Shown here: positions 12,301 to 28,849 of the stretch, in pieces
Position numbering within the stretch: the stretch's first letter is position 1
How the letters are laid out: every line of letters begins with the position of its first letter
From: Dicyema japonicum
Taxonomy: Eukaryota > Animalia > Dicyemida
DNA: 64,000 nt
Assembly (NCBI GenBank): GCA_011109175.1
Contig: RDEW01000018.1
Span: forward strand, 555,304-619,303
Direction of reading: 5' to 3'
The notes under the pieces: generated by a model
What the model saw: only the letters and a program-made list of their open reading frames with translations
What the model was told of the DNA's origin: nothing
Database searches by the model: none
Program-made: the position numbers and the translations under genes

Positions 12301-12789
12301 TGCCATTTATGAGTTCGGCACCTAAAAGAACTCTTTGAAATATTAAATAAAACAGAGAGGTCATGTCTTTTAGCTTGATTTATTATATTAAAGTCTCCTT
12401 ACTAATATAGGCCATACTGGCAGACCCTCAGTTCCTCCTTAGTACACCCAGCCATTTATATAAAACAGTAATACTAAATATTAAAAGGTACTTCATTTAT
12501 GAGTGTTGTGGACATCTCCCACCTTTTATGCCTGCCCCGACCACCTGGTATCGTCGTAAAGGATCTTTGGGACCGACTTTCATTGGCAGCGTGCAGACTT
12601 CCTGAATGTTTTTGAAGTCGGGGTTAATTTATAAGTGGAGTAAGGTTGTGAAATAGTCTGTAAACGAAAAGTCGTGTCAAGTACAGGAATCACGTGGCTT
12701 AATGATTGAACTAATCGTTAAAGATTGTATTTCTTCACGAGATCAATAACTTTTCAGAGATACTCATTGGAGATCTAAGGGTCCTCTTT

Positions 12790-13520
12790 GGTCAGTTCTA
12801 TTTTGGAAATTGTAACCTCTGTTAATCACGTGATGGAAAAGCACTTTAGAGCAACCAAAAATATCGAAGTAAATCGAAAACAACCCCTATTTTTGAAAGC
12901 GAGTGATCGAAAAGGAATAAAATCATTACGGAAGATTTGGAGGATCTATGTAATAAAGCGGGTAACACTGAAGTTAAAGAAAACTTCATCTGCAATATTG
13001 TCTTTATTTCACGAATATCACACAATAAAAGTTCAGTGTTACGGTTAATTGCACGAATAACGCACTTTACTTGAGTAATTATGAGATAGCAATAAATGAC
13101 ACAGAAAATCACGGTTGACTGAATCATTGCATTCTTAACGTTGATCCAAGTTGTATTATTCCCATACTCATTGTTTATGCACGGATTGATCAAGGCTCGC
13201 TCTTTGGTGCCTTGATACCTCCTCTTCGCTCACATCTGATTGTCAGAGACAAGACCGAATGATTTCAGATAATCAGTAAGTTTGGAATTATAAAAACTCT
13301 TCTTTTCCCACTTAACACACGCTGAGCATCACCGGAAAGACTTTGATAAAATCTCCTGTTTAATTCGAACCCATAATTATCTCCCTGAATGCTCTCCTAG
13401 ATTCAATTGTGAATTTTTTTTCGAGTACTCTAATTCTGTCTGTAATGACTACAACTACTCTGGTAAATTCCCCCTTTCATGATTTCTTATGTAGTCATTA
13501 AGGAAAAAATATTTTCCATT
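12790..13520 (-). mobile_element. Internally deleted RLE retrotransposon remnant, same family as 1-2400
   Basis: FELNRRFYQSL; LTDYLKSFGLVSDNQM.AKRRYQGTKERALIN..TWINVKNA. Confidence 0.7.
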
Positions 13521-13618
13521 ACTTGATGTTGGTAACTCCCACGTTGAACTATAAAATATTCAAAAATTAATATTATTTTAAGTGAAAATCATGAAAAATC
13601 ATGAGAAAATTAAAATTC

Positions 13619-14367
13619 CTATTTTTTCAATTTCTTAACGGTGCCATTATGGTCGGCAAAAACAACCACGTCTGCCATCCCCAGAAACAAGCCGGTCCCC
13701 ACAACTCCAGGAATCCTCAACAGTTGGAACTCCACATCCTCCCACTTCACATCAATCTCCTCCGGGAATACCCAATCGATGATATAATTCCCATTATCAG
13801 TCACCAGTGGACCACATTTTGCCTTTCCGGCACTTCTCAATGAAACAGACCCCCCAAATCTCTCCCTGATTTGCCGTGATACCAAATCCGCACAAAAACT
13901 GAGAACCTCAATCGGAATTCCTCTCTTCCAATAATCCCCCAGATTATCCACACATTTTCGATCGTCAGCCACAATCACGAAGAGGTTAGAGACGGATGCT
14001 ACTACCTTTTCTTGCACGTGGCAACCACCACCACCTTTGATAAGATTCAATTGGCTATCACATTCGTCGCAACCATCAAAACAAACGTCAATTCGGTCAA
14101 CGTGGTTAATGTCGCGGACTGGGAGACCAAAACGCACAGCAATCCGCGATGCCTCCACCGATGTTGGGTACACATCAATGTTCTCCACGAGGCCTGAGGA
14201 CAGGAGCTCAGCTATATACTCGATCACATAGTAGGATGTGGTCCCCGAACCGAGTCCAACCTTTGAGTTTGACTAAAATTTGGTTTATTTTTTACTTTCA
14301 AGTATTCCTTTACTGCGGTTTTGGAAGCGAGCTTTTTAGCATACTCGTGATCACTATTAGAGAGCAT
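13619..14367 (-). CDS. RPIA: Ribose-5-phosphate isomerase A, 2 exons
   Basis: MLSNSDHEYAKKLASKTAVKEYLK|VGLGSGTT, DVCFDGCDECD, LIKGGGGCHVQEKVVA, PLVTDNGNYIID, IPGVVGTGLF. The intron acceptor is ambiguous. Confidence 0.97.
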
Positions 14368-15539
14368 TTTATTTTATTTTTTAAATATAATTTTGCAAAA
14401 AAATAATTTATTTTATATTAATTTTATAAAAATTATTTTTTCAATTTAAATATATTTTTTTAAAAACGAAATGTTATTAGGCATTAATAATTTCAGGCAT
14501 GTGAAACAAATTGAGAATTACTTCATGTGTTTATGAAAGAATCATCATTTTATTCCGATTTTTCGACAGGGCTAAGCATTTCGGATGTTGTCACAGAAAT
14601 CGGTTGGAAGCAAAATCTGTTCGTCTCCCGGTATATTCCTTATAAAAAACCCAATTTTACTAAATTATAATTTTAGCGTGGAATATTATCAATAATTCTG
14701 AATATAAATCTTAAATAGATTTAAATCTAAATTCGATAATATAAAGCCTTGTTTATCAATATTACCAATCTAATCAACTTTTTACTGGTTTTACTATTCG
14801 TTGATTCTTATGGTGGTCAAGTGCTTGTAGATTTGAACTGTTGGTGTGACTCTGGTGTACTATGTCGTTGTACACTAAATGTCTTTATTTCATCAAAGTA
14901 GTGTAAAGTCTCATTCCTCTTTTTTCTCTTATGTGCGGATAAAAGAGATTTTGGAAACATCATATATGAAAAGTTCCAAACTAAGAAATCCCGTTTGGCC
15001 AAAAATTGGAATCATAGCAACTATTCGAGGAACAAGGTAGTTAGGATATTAATTCTTGTATGTTCATAATCCAACTGGCTCTGAATAATAATCAGAAAAT
15101 TCATAATTTATTTGGAAATTCAACAACAGCCTGCCACCAAGGAGTAGTAATGTTTCCATTATTAAACTTCATGTTAGGCAGAACTTTCAGTACTTTACAA
15201 GTTCACAGACCATGAAAGTATGTCGTAATACACAAGACCACACATGTAGCCGTGATACAGCTAACTACCACATCTAATCCTAAGTCTAATAATTAAATAC
15301 TGAGGTCTGAATTTTATATAAACAAATCTACTAAGAATTCGATCAGCACCGTGAGTTGACTATGTACAGAAATGCAAAACTTCAAGACCAAGATTCCACA
15401 TGCAGTCGGGAAATGGCTAACCACCCCATCTAATGAATATTCCAAGGTCACCATTAAGGATGACTAGGTCACTTCATGGGACGAGACAGATATACTCGCA
15501 CAAAAATCGTATTAGATAGGACTAAGCAAAAATATCAAG

Positions 15540-16718
15540 TTAAAGCACCCTTTCAGCATATCTAGTGATAGTAAGTATTAGTAAGAGAACAGGGAGATGT
15601 GCCAGAGAAAAGAAAAACAGCTTTCTGGAAGTCTCTCGGTTTGGATTGTTATAAAATCGCAGACACGAGTAAATCAGGTACAAATTAAGCGGAAAACTCA
15701 ACATACTGAAATATAAATTCCCACATCCCAGCAAAGGTCCACCCAGGCTGATCAGAGTCAGATACAAGCTGTGCCTCAGAGAAGCTCCCTTACAGATATC
15801 GGGGTACAGAAAGGAAGTCAATCTGTACCCAGCTAGCGAGTACTCCTGCCTGTAGTTCCAACTGAGAGAGTTGAAGTGAGGAATCTGCCAGCAGTACAAA
15901 ATCCCAGCGAGCACCAAACAACCTAAAATGCTTTCAAAATCCTAACCAGGATCAAACTGTCCCGTTGCCGCATGCCAGCCAATAATTGGGGGGACGGCTC
16001 CGACAAAAGATCCAAGCCACGTGTTCGCGACGTTGTACCGCTTCATTGGTGTGTAAATGAACGAATATAGGACAATGTTTCCCAGAGCAAGCAGGGCAGT
16101 CGTATAGCTAACAAAATAGCTGAGGACTAAGAGTCCCCCGAAGGCTGTCGCAACGGCAAAGGTCAATGCATCCTCAATACTAAGAATAAACTGAGGGGAC
16201 TCAACGATATAGCTGAGCGGACGAGCACTCTGTCTTTGGTTCTGCTCATCTGGGAGTCGAAAGGGACCTCCAGAATCTAAAAGCGATAACTCGGCGGAAA
16301 ACCTGGTTTAATGTCGCGGCGGAGGCAGAGGTGAGGCCGGTCCCCAGTGAGGAGAGCGCGACCAAAAAGGGATCTATTCCATCACACGCGACGAGGTACC
16401 CGACAAATTGGGTCATTACGACAAAACCTGTAAAATATCAAAATTACTGAAAATACTGGTTAATTTGATTTTGCTCAATTTTAATAATATTTTTCCATTT
16501 ATTTTTTTGTCTGTCGAACCCTCATAGATAGCGAGTTGATCGTTGTTTAAAGTAATGTCACGTGGCTTGTCTAAGGACTGCAAAAGTGCAGCAATTTGTC
16601 GGTCCCTAACTGTGAAATTTTCCTTTAGAGTCTCGTCGATGAATCTATTTTCTAATTGTACTTGTCTCATCCTGCTGGACATTCTGGAATTTAGTAAAAA
16701 ACGTGTATATTTTAACAT
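15540..16718 (-). CDS. COX10: Protoheme IX farnesyltransferase (heme O synthase), 5 exons
   Basis: KLSKIKLT|GFVVMT..SAATLNQ|ILEVPFDSQMSRTKDRVLVR..YTPMKRYNVANTWLGSFVGAVPPIIGW..WQIPHFNSLSW..EYSLAGY; introns of 24-29 nt (e.g. 16277-16302). Confidence 0.96.
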
Positions 16719-16884
16719 TGATCGTTTAAAAACATCTAATTTTCTTTAGCACAAATTTACCACAAAATCACCACAAAGGAGAAAGATTAATTTCCATAAA
16801 TTTAAATATTCAAATAGAATGTAAATCGTTTAACAATTGTTTTCAAAAAATAATTATTCTTAATTTTTTTTTACAAATAACCTA

Positions 16885-17340
16885 GGGTACCTTCTGGATG
16901 ATGAATGTGCTCTTATCTCATTACGATTCAGATATAATGTCTGTATGCCACATCCATGCCAATGCGGGGATCAGATTCACTGTTTTTGCCTGCACCCACT
17001 CTCCTGCAGGATAAATACGGGTAGATCTCCCAGACACATATCCTTGAACGAGGTCGTTATACAAGTTTTGGATGCTGTCGGGCACCCTTCTATATTCGAA
17101 CCAGTCGGTCTTTGCTGACATGACAGTAAAGCACCTGATGGGATGACCATCTTCCCTTTTGAAGGCGTGAAACCTCTTGTCTGGGACGTCACCCACACCG
17201 ATAACGCTTAACAGTGTACGAAGAAACTTATAAGAAAATGCCCAACATCCATTGGACTCCGAAACCAATTTTATAACTCATTTGTGAAGCATGTGATGAC
17301 ATACAACAGTTCAAAATCCCAGCGTTCTATGGGAAGGTTA
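16885..17340 (+). mobile_element. CRE-clade retrotransposon zinc-finger/RLE fragment (absent from the ORF track)
   Basis: VCMPHPCQCGDQIHCFCLHPLSCRINTGRSPRHISLNEVV..GHPSIFEPVGLC*HDSKAPDGMTIFPFEGVKPLVWDVT. Confidence 0.85.
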
Positions 17341-18224
17341 TCAAACCAACAACTGAATATGGTAGAATTACTCCATTGAAATCGCCCTAATAATTAGGGC
17401 GATTTTTGTCAATAAAGTCAAAAATTTATATATTTTTTAAAATTGTCTAAAACTTATAAAAATGTGATTTTTAATCAAAAATATTATATAAATCAAAAGT
17501 TATAAAGTCAAAAAAGTAAAAATTTTGGGTAATGTCAAAAAAGGTCAAAATTTAATTTGTTAGGTCAATAAAGTCAAAATTTTATTGATTTATAATTTTT
17601 TATTGCTTTTGAATAAAATACTAGCGTGTCATCAACTGTTATGCCGCATTCTAATCAGGAAGGTCGTTGAAAAGATTAAGACTGTTATCAGAAAACATCC
17701 TGGTGAATTTTCTATCAACTCACGAATTTTCTAACAACAGCTTTTTATTGAGTCTATTATCTAAGAAACATTTCAAACTAACAAGTTTATCATTTTTATT
17801 AGTATTTCACAAGGGCTACTGTAAAAATATCTGATTTTCTTATTCCATTCACCGACTCTACGATCAATGAGGTCACATGCTTAGTCAAATATGATTTTCC
17901 TGGCATAAGTTGAACAGTAAATTTTACAAAACATTTTTGAGGGTATTAGGATACCGTTTTACTTTCTATTATGAAAAAGTGTAGAAAATTTATGCCGAAG
18001 GTAACTTGACCGAAGCTATTTTTAGTTTTTTAATGCATTATTTATTGTTGGAAAAGTTGTTTGATCTACGAAATCGATATAAATTTATGTGAATAAAATA
18101 ATAAATTTCTTGCATAAAAACAGAAAATTTTATTAAAGTTGACTTTCAATCCAAAATAATTCCGGTCAGAAGGGGAAAATTGTCTTGAAATTGTTGAATA
18201 TTATTTTTATTTAGGAAAGAAGAG

Positions 18225-18330
18225 AGTAATGGTCATATAGCGGCTGCCCTGACTGCGTGGCTATTCTCTATCAGGATGGCGAGCAAGATTCGCTCAAATA
18301 AGTAAAAAATAAGTATAATTTTGATGGAAA
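18225..18330 (-). mobile_element. CRE-like 3' end
   Basis: YLFERILLAILIENSHAVRAAAI* resembles the CRE C-terminus (L.QRI.IAI.RGNA). Confidence 0.5.
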
Positions 18331-18430
18331 TATAAAGATGGCTGGAAAGTAATCTATTAAAATGAACTACGGAGTAATTTATCGACTTCTGAAATGTATT
18401 CTCACAAGCTTCTGAAATGTATTCCACCTA

Positions 18431-18690
18431 TTGTTGACGAAAACAAAGTCTCCTACCGCGGAAAGTTCGCGTCCATTTGGCGCGCTTACTTTGTGGTCAT
18501 CACTTGAATTTACATTCATATCTTTACAGGATTGGACAATCGTCCTCTCCACTATGCAATCGTGTTTTCTTTATGCCAGAAGACGGGTCACCTCTTCTCT
18601 TGTCCTGGTTCACCTTAGTTCTCTACAGAACCTGTCAGATCTCTGGGAGCGTCCGCCGTGACTGAAACGTTTTTATTACCCCCGGTTTCT
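18431..18690 (+). mobile_element. LINE C-terminal zinc-knuckle fragment
   Basis: ARLLCGHHLNLHSYLYRIGQSSSPLC..DLWERP. Confidence 0.75.
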
Positions 18691-18701
18691 TTCACTTGAA
18701 G

Positions 18702-18922
18702 AGTATTTCTGGCGCGACATAAATTTTGAAAAGGATTTTCTATCTTTTCCCTGACCAACTCCATTGGTGAAGGTTACCATTATGAAAACTCTTCCACTCA
18801 AGAATGAGACGATTCCGTGACGGTGTGACGAAAACGGAAGAGGGTGGACTTACTTATCCGCTTCTCTTCAGAAGAGGAAGCCTGTAATGGACTATTAGAG
18901 GATGGATTTGGTCGTTTTCCTT
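18702..18922 (+). mobile_element. 5'-truncated SINE-B copy
   Basis: Colinear with the other SINE-B copies; flanked by direct repeat ttcacttgaa (possible TSD). Confidence 0.55.
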
Positions 18923-20334
18923 CACTTGAAAATACTGGGGAAAATAAATTAGGGGACAGAAGATGTCATAGTAACATTCAAGAGTCCATTTCAAATTTTA
19001 CAAAAAATACTTTAAAAAATACTATTTGTCCCCACTAAATTAAAGTGCTGGAGTGTTGATTTCTTTAACGGAATCCCTACCGCCTTATAATGAATCTAAG
19101 AATTGCCTCCAGTTCTAACCTGAACTAGAAAAGGTTATCTTCGTAGTGGAAGTGTCTTGAAGCGACAAAAGGATTATTATTTATCTTTTATCATTTCGGT
19201 AGATCTTTCAAACCTTTCTTAGATAAGATAAAATGACTACAAATGGCTAACTAAATTGTGAAATCCAGGGACGTTGCCTTAGAACACTGAAGATCGGATT
19301 TTTACTACGATATAGAAGCTGGGGACATGATATGTATTCCAGAACATAAGAATTTCAGTCTGAACAGAATATCACTTAAATCCCAAACTGCGCACTTACA
19401 AGACAGAATTATCAATATTTGACTTAAGAAAAATCAATTTTCTATTTATCTTTACTTTGAAAAAAAATTTTTCGGATCACACCAATCCTACAACTCATAA
19501 ACCAAATGCGATTCATTCCAGTAAACAATCTTGAATAAAAAGCAAATCCAAGCTCTTCGTCTCTGTAGACAGCAAATAGAAACATCCTATTTTCTAGGTT
19601 ATATCAGAGTATCTGTCAAGTCTTTGATATTCCTCTAGCATTATGTAAGGGGCTTCAACCAAGTGTTTCTCTTGTGTCTTTCCTTTTTATGAATTTCCCT
19701 AAATTGATTTTAAGACAAGAGGGACGTCAGCACCTCAAAAATAAAATCAATACCAATTGAAATATAGTGTACTTATAAGATATTTGAGTTGTCGAGAAAG
19801 GGGAAATTGATCTTGAGTGGCTAGTCAATCAATCCTCTCCCTTCTCAGAAAATGTATACTCGCAGTTTAAAGTAGACTAGCAAAAGTCACCGGTTCTTGT
19901 ACATACTCAACTCTGGCTTTAGGAATTGGCTGTGTAAGGAGACAACCCATTCTTATAATCGTAGATGCCTGACAAGGTTGGGTTTTCTAGACTAGCTGAA
20001 TAGTCAATGCAAGGCCTGGGTAATTTTAGTAATTATGAACTGGAAAATTAAAACATGACCAATATGGTAAGTCGATTAAGCAATTATCAAGCTATACAGT
20101 AGAATTATGATATTAATAACTGACATTCTTGATAATCACTTTATTATAAACAGGATCCTTTATGGTTGTCTTCAATATTAATTAAACGTGTTGAATATCG
20201 AGTGACATTAACATCTGCTCCATTTATGACGCACGCATAAAATTTAAATTCACTTATTAATTATTAGTGATTTATCACGTGACTCTTCCAAAATTCTACA
20301 ATTCGTTATCTCAGTTATATCTCCCAACATTTTT

Positions 20335-20540
20335 AAGCCGCGTGACGCTATGTGGTGCTATGTGGCTAATTGGTTGTAAATTTCTTTTTTTTTTCTGATA
20401 GCGTCATTAGATCGCCTTACTCAGAAGACGCCCAATACCTGGTCGGCATTCAAAACGATCCAACTATTCTTTCCAGCGGAAGACAATTTTGTTACCTGGC
20501 GACGAGTTCCGGGTGGCATTGCAGTTTATTTCAAACTGGA
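20335..20540 (+). mobile_element. Pseudoknot-SINE (leader plus HDV-like fold)
   Basis: gcgtgacgctatgtggtgctatgtggct leader; GCGTC..GATCG..GACGCC..CGATC. Confidence 0.75.
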
Positions 20541-21091
20541 AAAAATATGATTTATGGCATACTTATCATATGGCCTTAAACGAAATGAGGTTTTCTCAAA
20601 TATTTATAAGCCACTGATATTGGAACCGGTTCTGTTCTATGATAAATTCTAACAAACTACAATATTCTGAGAGACTAACGATTCTCTCAATAAAATAATT
20701 CCAAGAACCACTGTAAAACCAAAATAACTAATCACGTGGTCCCAAATCGTTTGAGTAACCCCCATCCATCCCTTGAGCCCACACAAGCCCAAATAGCCGA
20801 AGAACCGAATTAACATGTTGCTGGTAGAATACTCGAAATATTAAGTTTTGTAGAAAAAATTATTTTTTAAAGTCCACGCAAATGTGGTTTGGCAATTTAG
20901 ACCAATTAGCGTGTCAGTCATTTCATGGTGACTTTTATCGACTTTTTGTTGACGTGGAGACAACTTTGAGTTTTATTTATTTTAAACTGAATTATTGTTT
21001 TTAATGTGGCGAACACAAATTTAAATATATTTTTAAAATATTCTAATTTTGTTTAATGTTCCTTACTTTAGCTTCTTAGTGGGAATTAAGC

Positions 21092-23771
<2,680 letters not shown>

Positions 23772-24929
23772 TATGAGTGATCCTGCTATTTTATAAAATT
23801 ATCTTTTTGTGTACATTGTCTCGTGAGTGTTTTGTAAGGAGGTTTATTAGCATGTAGTTCATTAACTCTTTGTTTTATTGTGCGGTTTAATGAGTGCTAC
23901 GGATTAATTGACCATTTGTGGTGATGAAATTAATCGATTTTTTATTTTTAGTTTATTTAGGAGTAGATTACAACATTTCCCCTGCAAGTGACACGAGCTT
24001 ATGGAGTGTCGGTGGGATCCCTGGGAAAACGGTGAGAAGGTGGGAAAGAGGATTTGGGATAACAGAGAGTCCGGTAGTTTGATGGACAATTTGAACTCTG
24101 AAATATTGAGGACATCAACTAACCGAGATCACTGTTGGATGAATGCAGGATCATTGAAAGATTTCCAAATAGTGTGATTTTTCATCGAATCAAGCCATTC
24201 GTTTTATTTATTTCCGTACGATTTACTCTGTTAGAGGCAGAACTGATTGGATGATTTTGGCATTTATACACCATTTCACATTCAAAATGTAACAAAACAA
24301 TCTTTAAAATCCAACTTGAAAGGATGTAGTGGCTGTTTCCCCTGACAACTGCCATCGGTGTCCCGATGCTCATTACTCACTTCGATATCATTGACTCAAG
24401 CGCTCTTAGAAAAGCGCTTTCGATATCATTATTCTCATTTTGAATGTGAAATGGTATCGTTCAATTTTCAGATTATACAGTAAAACATTGAACACGAGGT
24501 TATTTATGCTGCCATTATAAAGATAAATTAATGGTCAACAGTTCATTTTGATTCTGTCACTGTCGAAAGTGTGGGGTTGGAAATTTCTTGCTCGCCCATT
24601 ATCGATGATTTATGTTAGTGAATCTTATTTTCTTCGTTAAATTCAAGTAAACCTGGTGCGTCTCCGCTGCAATCACCACGTGGGTCTCGATGCCTACCTA
24701 TACAAGACGGGAAAGACAAAGTCGCCACATCGTTCTTCATGTACACTCGATGACCAAGGGACAGATCGCCTGTTCTCGTGTCCTTGAATTCTGAGAGGGA
24801 ACAGCCATGCAGTGAGGGTGGCAGCTAACTAATGTTTTGTTCTTATCATTTTTAATAAAAAATTTATATAGTACCTAAAAAGCATTATAGCATTTATAAA
24901 CCGCAGAGCACTTAAAAAGTTTTAATTTT

Positions 24930-25140
24930 TGAAAAAACAAAAAAAATAAACATTAATATTAAAAGAAAAAAAAACCAAAGATTTTTAGGTAAGAGGCCAG
25001 GATTGCGAAGGCGTTCCCGCTGATCACCGCCATTTCGAGCTTCCATCACAATCCTTCGCAGGGCTCGCATCTCTTCGAATATCGTAATTATTATTATAGG
25101 CACGTACGCGATGCCAAGATCATGACAAAGCATGTGCAAC
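24930..25140 (-). mobile_element. CRE-like 3' end
   Basis: EMAVISGNAFAILASYLK followed by a T/A-rich tail. Confidence 0.5.
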
Positions 25141-25169
25141 ACGAAAAGTTAACAATCTTATGACATCGC

Positions 25170-26930
25170 TTATCTTTTTCGATCCTTTGCCATGTTCCGT
25201 AGCATATCTAGACCATCCTCATATTTAAGGCACTTTCCAATCCTGCTGATATCTTCATTTAGGATTACCGGCAGTGTAGTCCTCGGCCGGCCGCGGAAAC
25301 ACGAAACCTCTAAGACAAAATACTCCTCCATTGCTATGTTGGCAGGGGTCCCCATATCGTGGCGGAGTATATCTCCAAACAGCCTCCATTTTGAATCAGT
25401 AATATCACATGATATTGGCTCAGTTCCTGTTCTCTTGTAAAAGATTTCGGACGGCATTTTGAAAAAGCTTCGGGAAGAAAGGAGTGCTCAGAGATGATTT
25501 GTGAAAAAATTCAACTTTTCGAGTTCCTGCCCTGTACATGCCCATGTACCGGCATTATATAATAGGATTGGCCTCACTAGGGCATTGTATAGTCTCATTC
25601 GAGTTTTAGAGTCAAGCTTTTGCAGAAGCTAGGTCTTCTTCATTTTGTTGAAAGCGACGTTAGCTAGTGTCTTCCTTCGTGTTATATCTTCGGTGTCACC
25701 GGAAAAGGGATCCTAGTTTTTTTGATCTACACCAGTGCTCCTCGGTCCTTTCCTCACTTCTTTTTAGCTCCGTGATTTCGGTTTCGTTTGTGTTTACTTT
25801 TAATGACCATTCAGCCATTTTATCAGGCATTTTCTCCAAAAGTGCAATTGACCTTCTTTGTTATTCGAAATAAAGTCCACGTCATCAGCATATGCTATTA
25901 TGCTCGTTCCTTCTCCGATATGAGGCTTCAAGTCTCGTAGAGCTGCCTCCAGATAAATAATAAACAAAATCGGGAATAAAGGATCTCCTTGAGGGGTACC
26001 AATTGTCGTTTCAAGTGTCCTCGATAGAGCTTTCCCAGTCCTGGCCATCCTAACCGTTGAGCCCTCCAAGAAGTGCTCCAGTATTTGCAGCAGCTTATTC
26101 CTGTTGACTTTGAATTTCAATCCCCAGAATGGTTTGAACAGTCGCACTTTTCCGTTTGTGGCTCCATATAACATCTGACGTTGATCTCTTTTTGCGGAAG
26201 CCACTTTGATAAGCCGACAGGTAAGACTCTAAGCGTCCCTCCATTCTTTAAAGCGCAATATTGGCTAGTATCTTCCGCAATGTGTTGGTTAAGACCACTG
26301 GACTTAGGTTCTCAACTTTCCCCGCTTTTTTGTTTGGCTTCTGTACTGGTATCAATAGTCCTTCTCCTAGTGGCAAGGTGGTTTTTTTACTGTACGTTTA
26401 GTTTAAATTTCAGACAATTATCGTGTATAGTCTTTGCGTTCCATATTTGAAAAATTCACAATTTAAGCCATCTGGGCCGGGACTCTTATTGTCTTTCAGA
26501 TTGAAACTTGCTGTCATCATTTCTTTCAAAGTAATTTCTTTGTATAATTTTCCCTGTTCCGTGTTAATTGTGAGTTTTTTTGATATTTTTTATACGAATT
26601 GTGCTTCATAATAGTCTGCTATAAGTTCTGCAACTTCTGTTGGTTAGCAATATGTTTTCCTTCTTCATCTCGTAAAGTCAGTTTTCCTTGGTAGTTTTCC
26701 GATTTGTCCGACAGCTTCATAAAACTTCGCATTGTCTCTAAGGCTTTCGATTTTCTCCATTTTAGTTATTGTAATATATCGTAATAGTTTGTTGATTTTA
26801 TATTTCCTGTTCAATTATGTAATTTCATTATTTTTTGTCTCTGCGTAAAATATTTTTTTACTTGCGCACAAAATTCAAATATCCTTTTATTTTTATGTAA
26901 TGTAAATTTTTCTGCTGCGACTCTAATCAA
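25170..26930 (-). mobile_element. RTE-clade LINE, RT half
   Basis: GTPQGDPLFPILFIIYLE, YADDVDFIS, YNALVRPILLYNAGTW, KWRLFGDILRH, FRGRPRTTLP. Confidence 0.88.
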
Positions 26931-26994
26931 CTGATTTAATCCAGAATGGAGCTCTTCGAGTCGAGTATAAATGTGATAATGAATTGATTTTTTA

Positions 26995-27620
26995 AAGCCT
27001 TTTCACGAGAGTCATAATATGTCACATGGGCGGCCCGTAACGCATGGGCAGCCTGTTACATTTTTTCGACCTTGAAAAGGTCTTTTGATTATCCGACATT
27101 TAATTTTGTATATCCGATTTATATCGTGAATTTGATAGATAAAAAATTCGAAAGGAGAAATATCGACTGTATTAATGAGTAGACTAAAAAAAGTTACTTA
27201 AATTTAATTTTTTGCGGTTAATAAATCATTTATAAAATTAATTGAAGTTAATCTTGGTTCAAAGTTAGTTATGGACTCTCTCTTAAACCAATGTAACAGG
27301 CAGCCCATAGGTATCGCTTGGCCATATTTATAGCTCCGCATAGGAAGGAAACACACTTTATTTAAGTAAAGAACAGTTGATTTTAACTAATCGTAGAACC
27401 AAGGAATGGTCTTCACTTCTTTTTTCTTTTTCTTGTGTGTGGGTCCTTTCTAGACAATCCAGTTCCGCAGTGAGTATCCACTGATGACTGCGTCACTCGT
27501 TAAACCCTTTTAGCATTGTAGATGCGTGGAACCTTCCACCAGGTGAACAGCAGCGAGAATCAACACGTAACCTAGGTCATTTTAGCCTGACACCTAACCA
27601 CTACGCCACCGGCTGAATAG
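26995..27620 (-). mobile_element. tRNA-SINE family A, interrupted by an insert of about 300 bp with a 19-bp inverted repeat
   Basis: Tail aaagccttttcacgagag, body and head match 51744-52064; extra segment about 27026-27323. Confidence 0.75.
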
Positions 27621-28439
27621 CGTTTGTATAATTCCATAACGTTAAAAAAACTAATTATATCACATACGGCGTCTTACTTTTCGAAATAGTATTTTACAGC
27701 AGCAAACCAACTACACCATCTAAAAATTATTCCAGTTAATGCCTGTAGTAGCAACATCTGAGGACATCTGATATCTCTGAAAAGATATCTAGATTTATTC
27801 ATTGTTGATGAATTGTAAAGCATACATCTTAGATACATATTGATTTACTATTCTTTGATATGACAGTAAATCTATCACGTTTTATTGATTACGGTTAAAA
27901 AATTATAGCATTTATTATTTTATAACATTTGTAGCATTTATAAGACAGAAAATAAATAAATTAAAAATTATACTTTTAAATTATTCAGAAAAATTAAAAA
28001 AAATTATTCAGATTAAAATATGATCAAAAATATTTATTTCATAATATCATTTAAATGGCTCTATTGATCAGTTTTGAAGAAAACACCTCGATCTATAGTT
28101 CTTTAGCAGAAATTCGAGAACCATCCGGAAAATCGTGGGATCTCTGACAGATCAGTCTAAGAGAATCCGGAAGTTACTAAAAGCTGAGATTACTTAGTTG
28201 GCTTTTACATTTTCCTTATTTTTTGGGTTTCATATTCTCCTCAAGAAAGATATATCTAAAATCCTCCATAAGACTAACTCACACAATGTCGCATCAGATG
28301 GTTCCCTGTATACAAAAGTTCGCGTATCAAATGTCTCATGAGTCAAAGAAGGGGTACGAGAGGTTTGATCCACATCGAAGAGATGAAGACATCATACCTA
28401 GTAAAGAATCCCTTTATGCTCTTTTCATTCTTTAATTCT

Positions 28440-28660
28440 TAATAGGCGTTATGTGATCCCCCTATCCAAAGAGACAACCAATGTCTGGTCGACATACAAA
28501 AAAAGATTTTATTTTTCCCTATCCACCGGATGGGTTTCGTAATGGGGATATAGTGGATGAGATGCTCGGAAAGGATACGTTACACTCTTACGGTGGAACT
28601 GGGATCACTTAGTTAGTCATGGACTCTCTCTTAAACCAGGTGATCCTGGTACAATTATAA
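28440..28660 (+). mobile_element. LINE 3' tail with hairpin
   Basis: ctgggatcacttagttag...ggtgatcctgg. Confidence 0.6.
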
Positions 28661-28849
28661 TTCACATTCCAATTAAAAACTTATATTCTTCCCGTCGCTT
28701 GTGCCACCCCCGGATGATCCGGTCTGTTATTCTTTTCCACGCACTTTTCGAGATTGCGATTTTAGGAGGCTGTCTATATCAGGCATGTCAAATACATAAC
28801 ATAACATTTTTTTATTAAAAACAAAGACATAGCGATAATTATGGGGGAT

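Noticed and set aside
14800-15500. Possible unassigned genes here and at 19050-20300, 23950-24400, 28050-28430, 33200-33715, 36400-36620 and 63500-64000
   Set aside because: Some splice-like signals and protein-like stretches, but no continuous model or recognisable motif could be supported by eye.
16921-17268. Minus-strand 115-aa ORF, and many similar ORF-track entries, as genes
   Set aside because: They are antisense shadows of TE or host coding sequence; here the real frame is the plus-strand CRE domain.
24250-24270. GGA TGA TTT TGG (G-U-F-W) as the missing selenocysteine exon of MsrA
   Set aside because: It is 11 kb upstream and the flanks lack the GxFWxxE and VGYxGG context.
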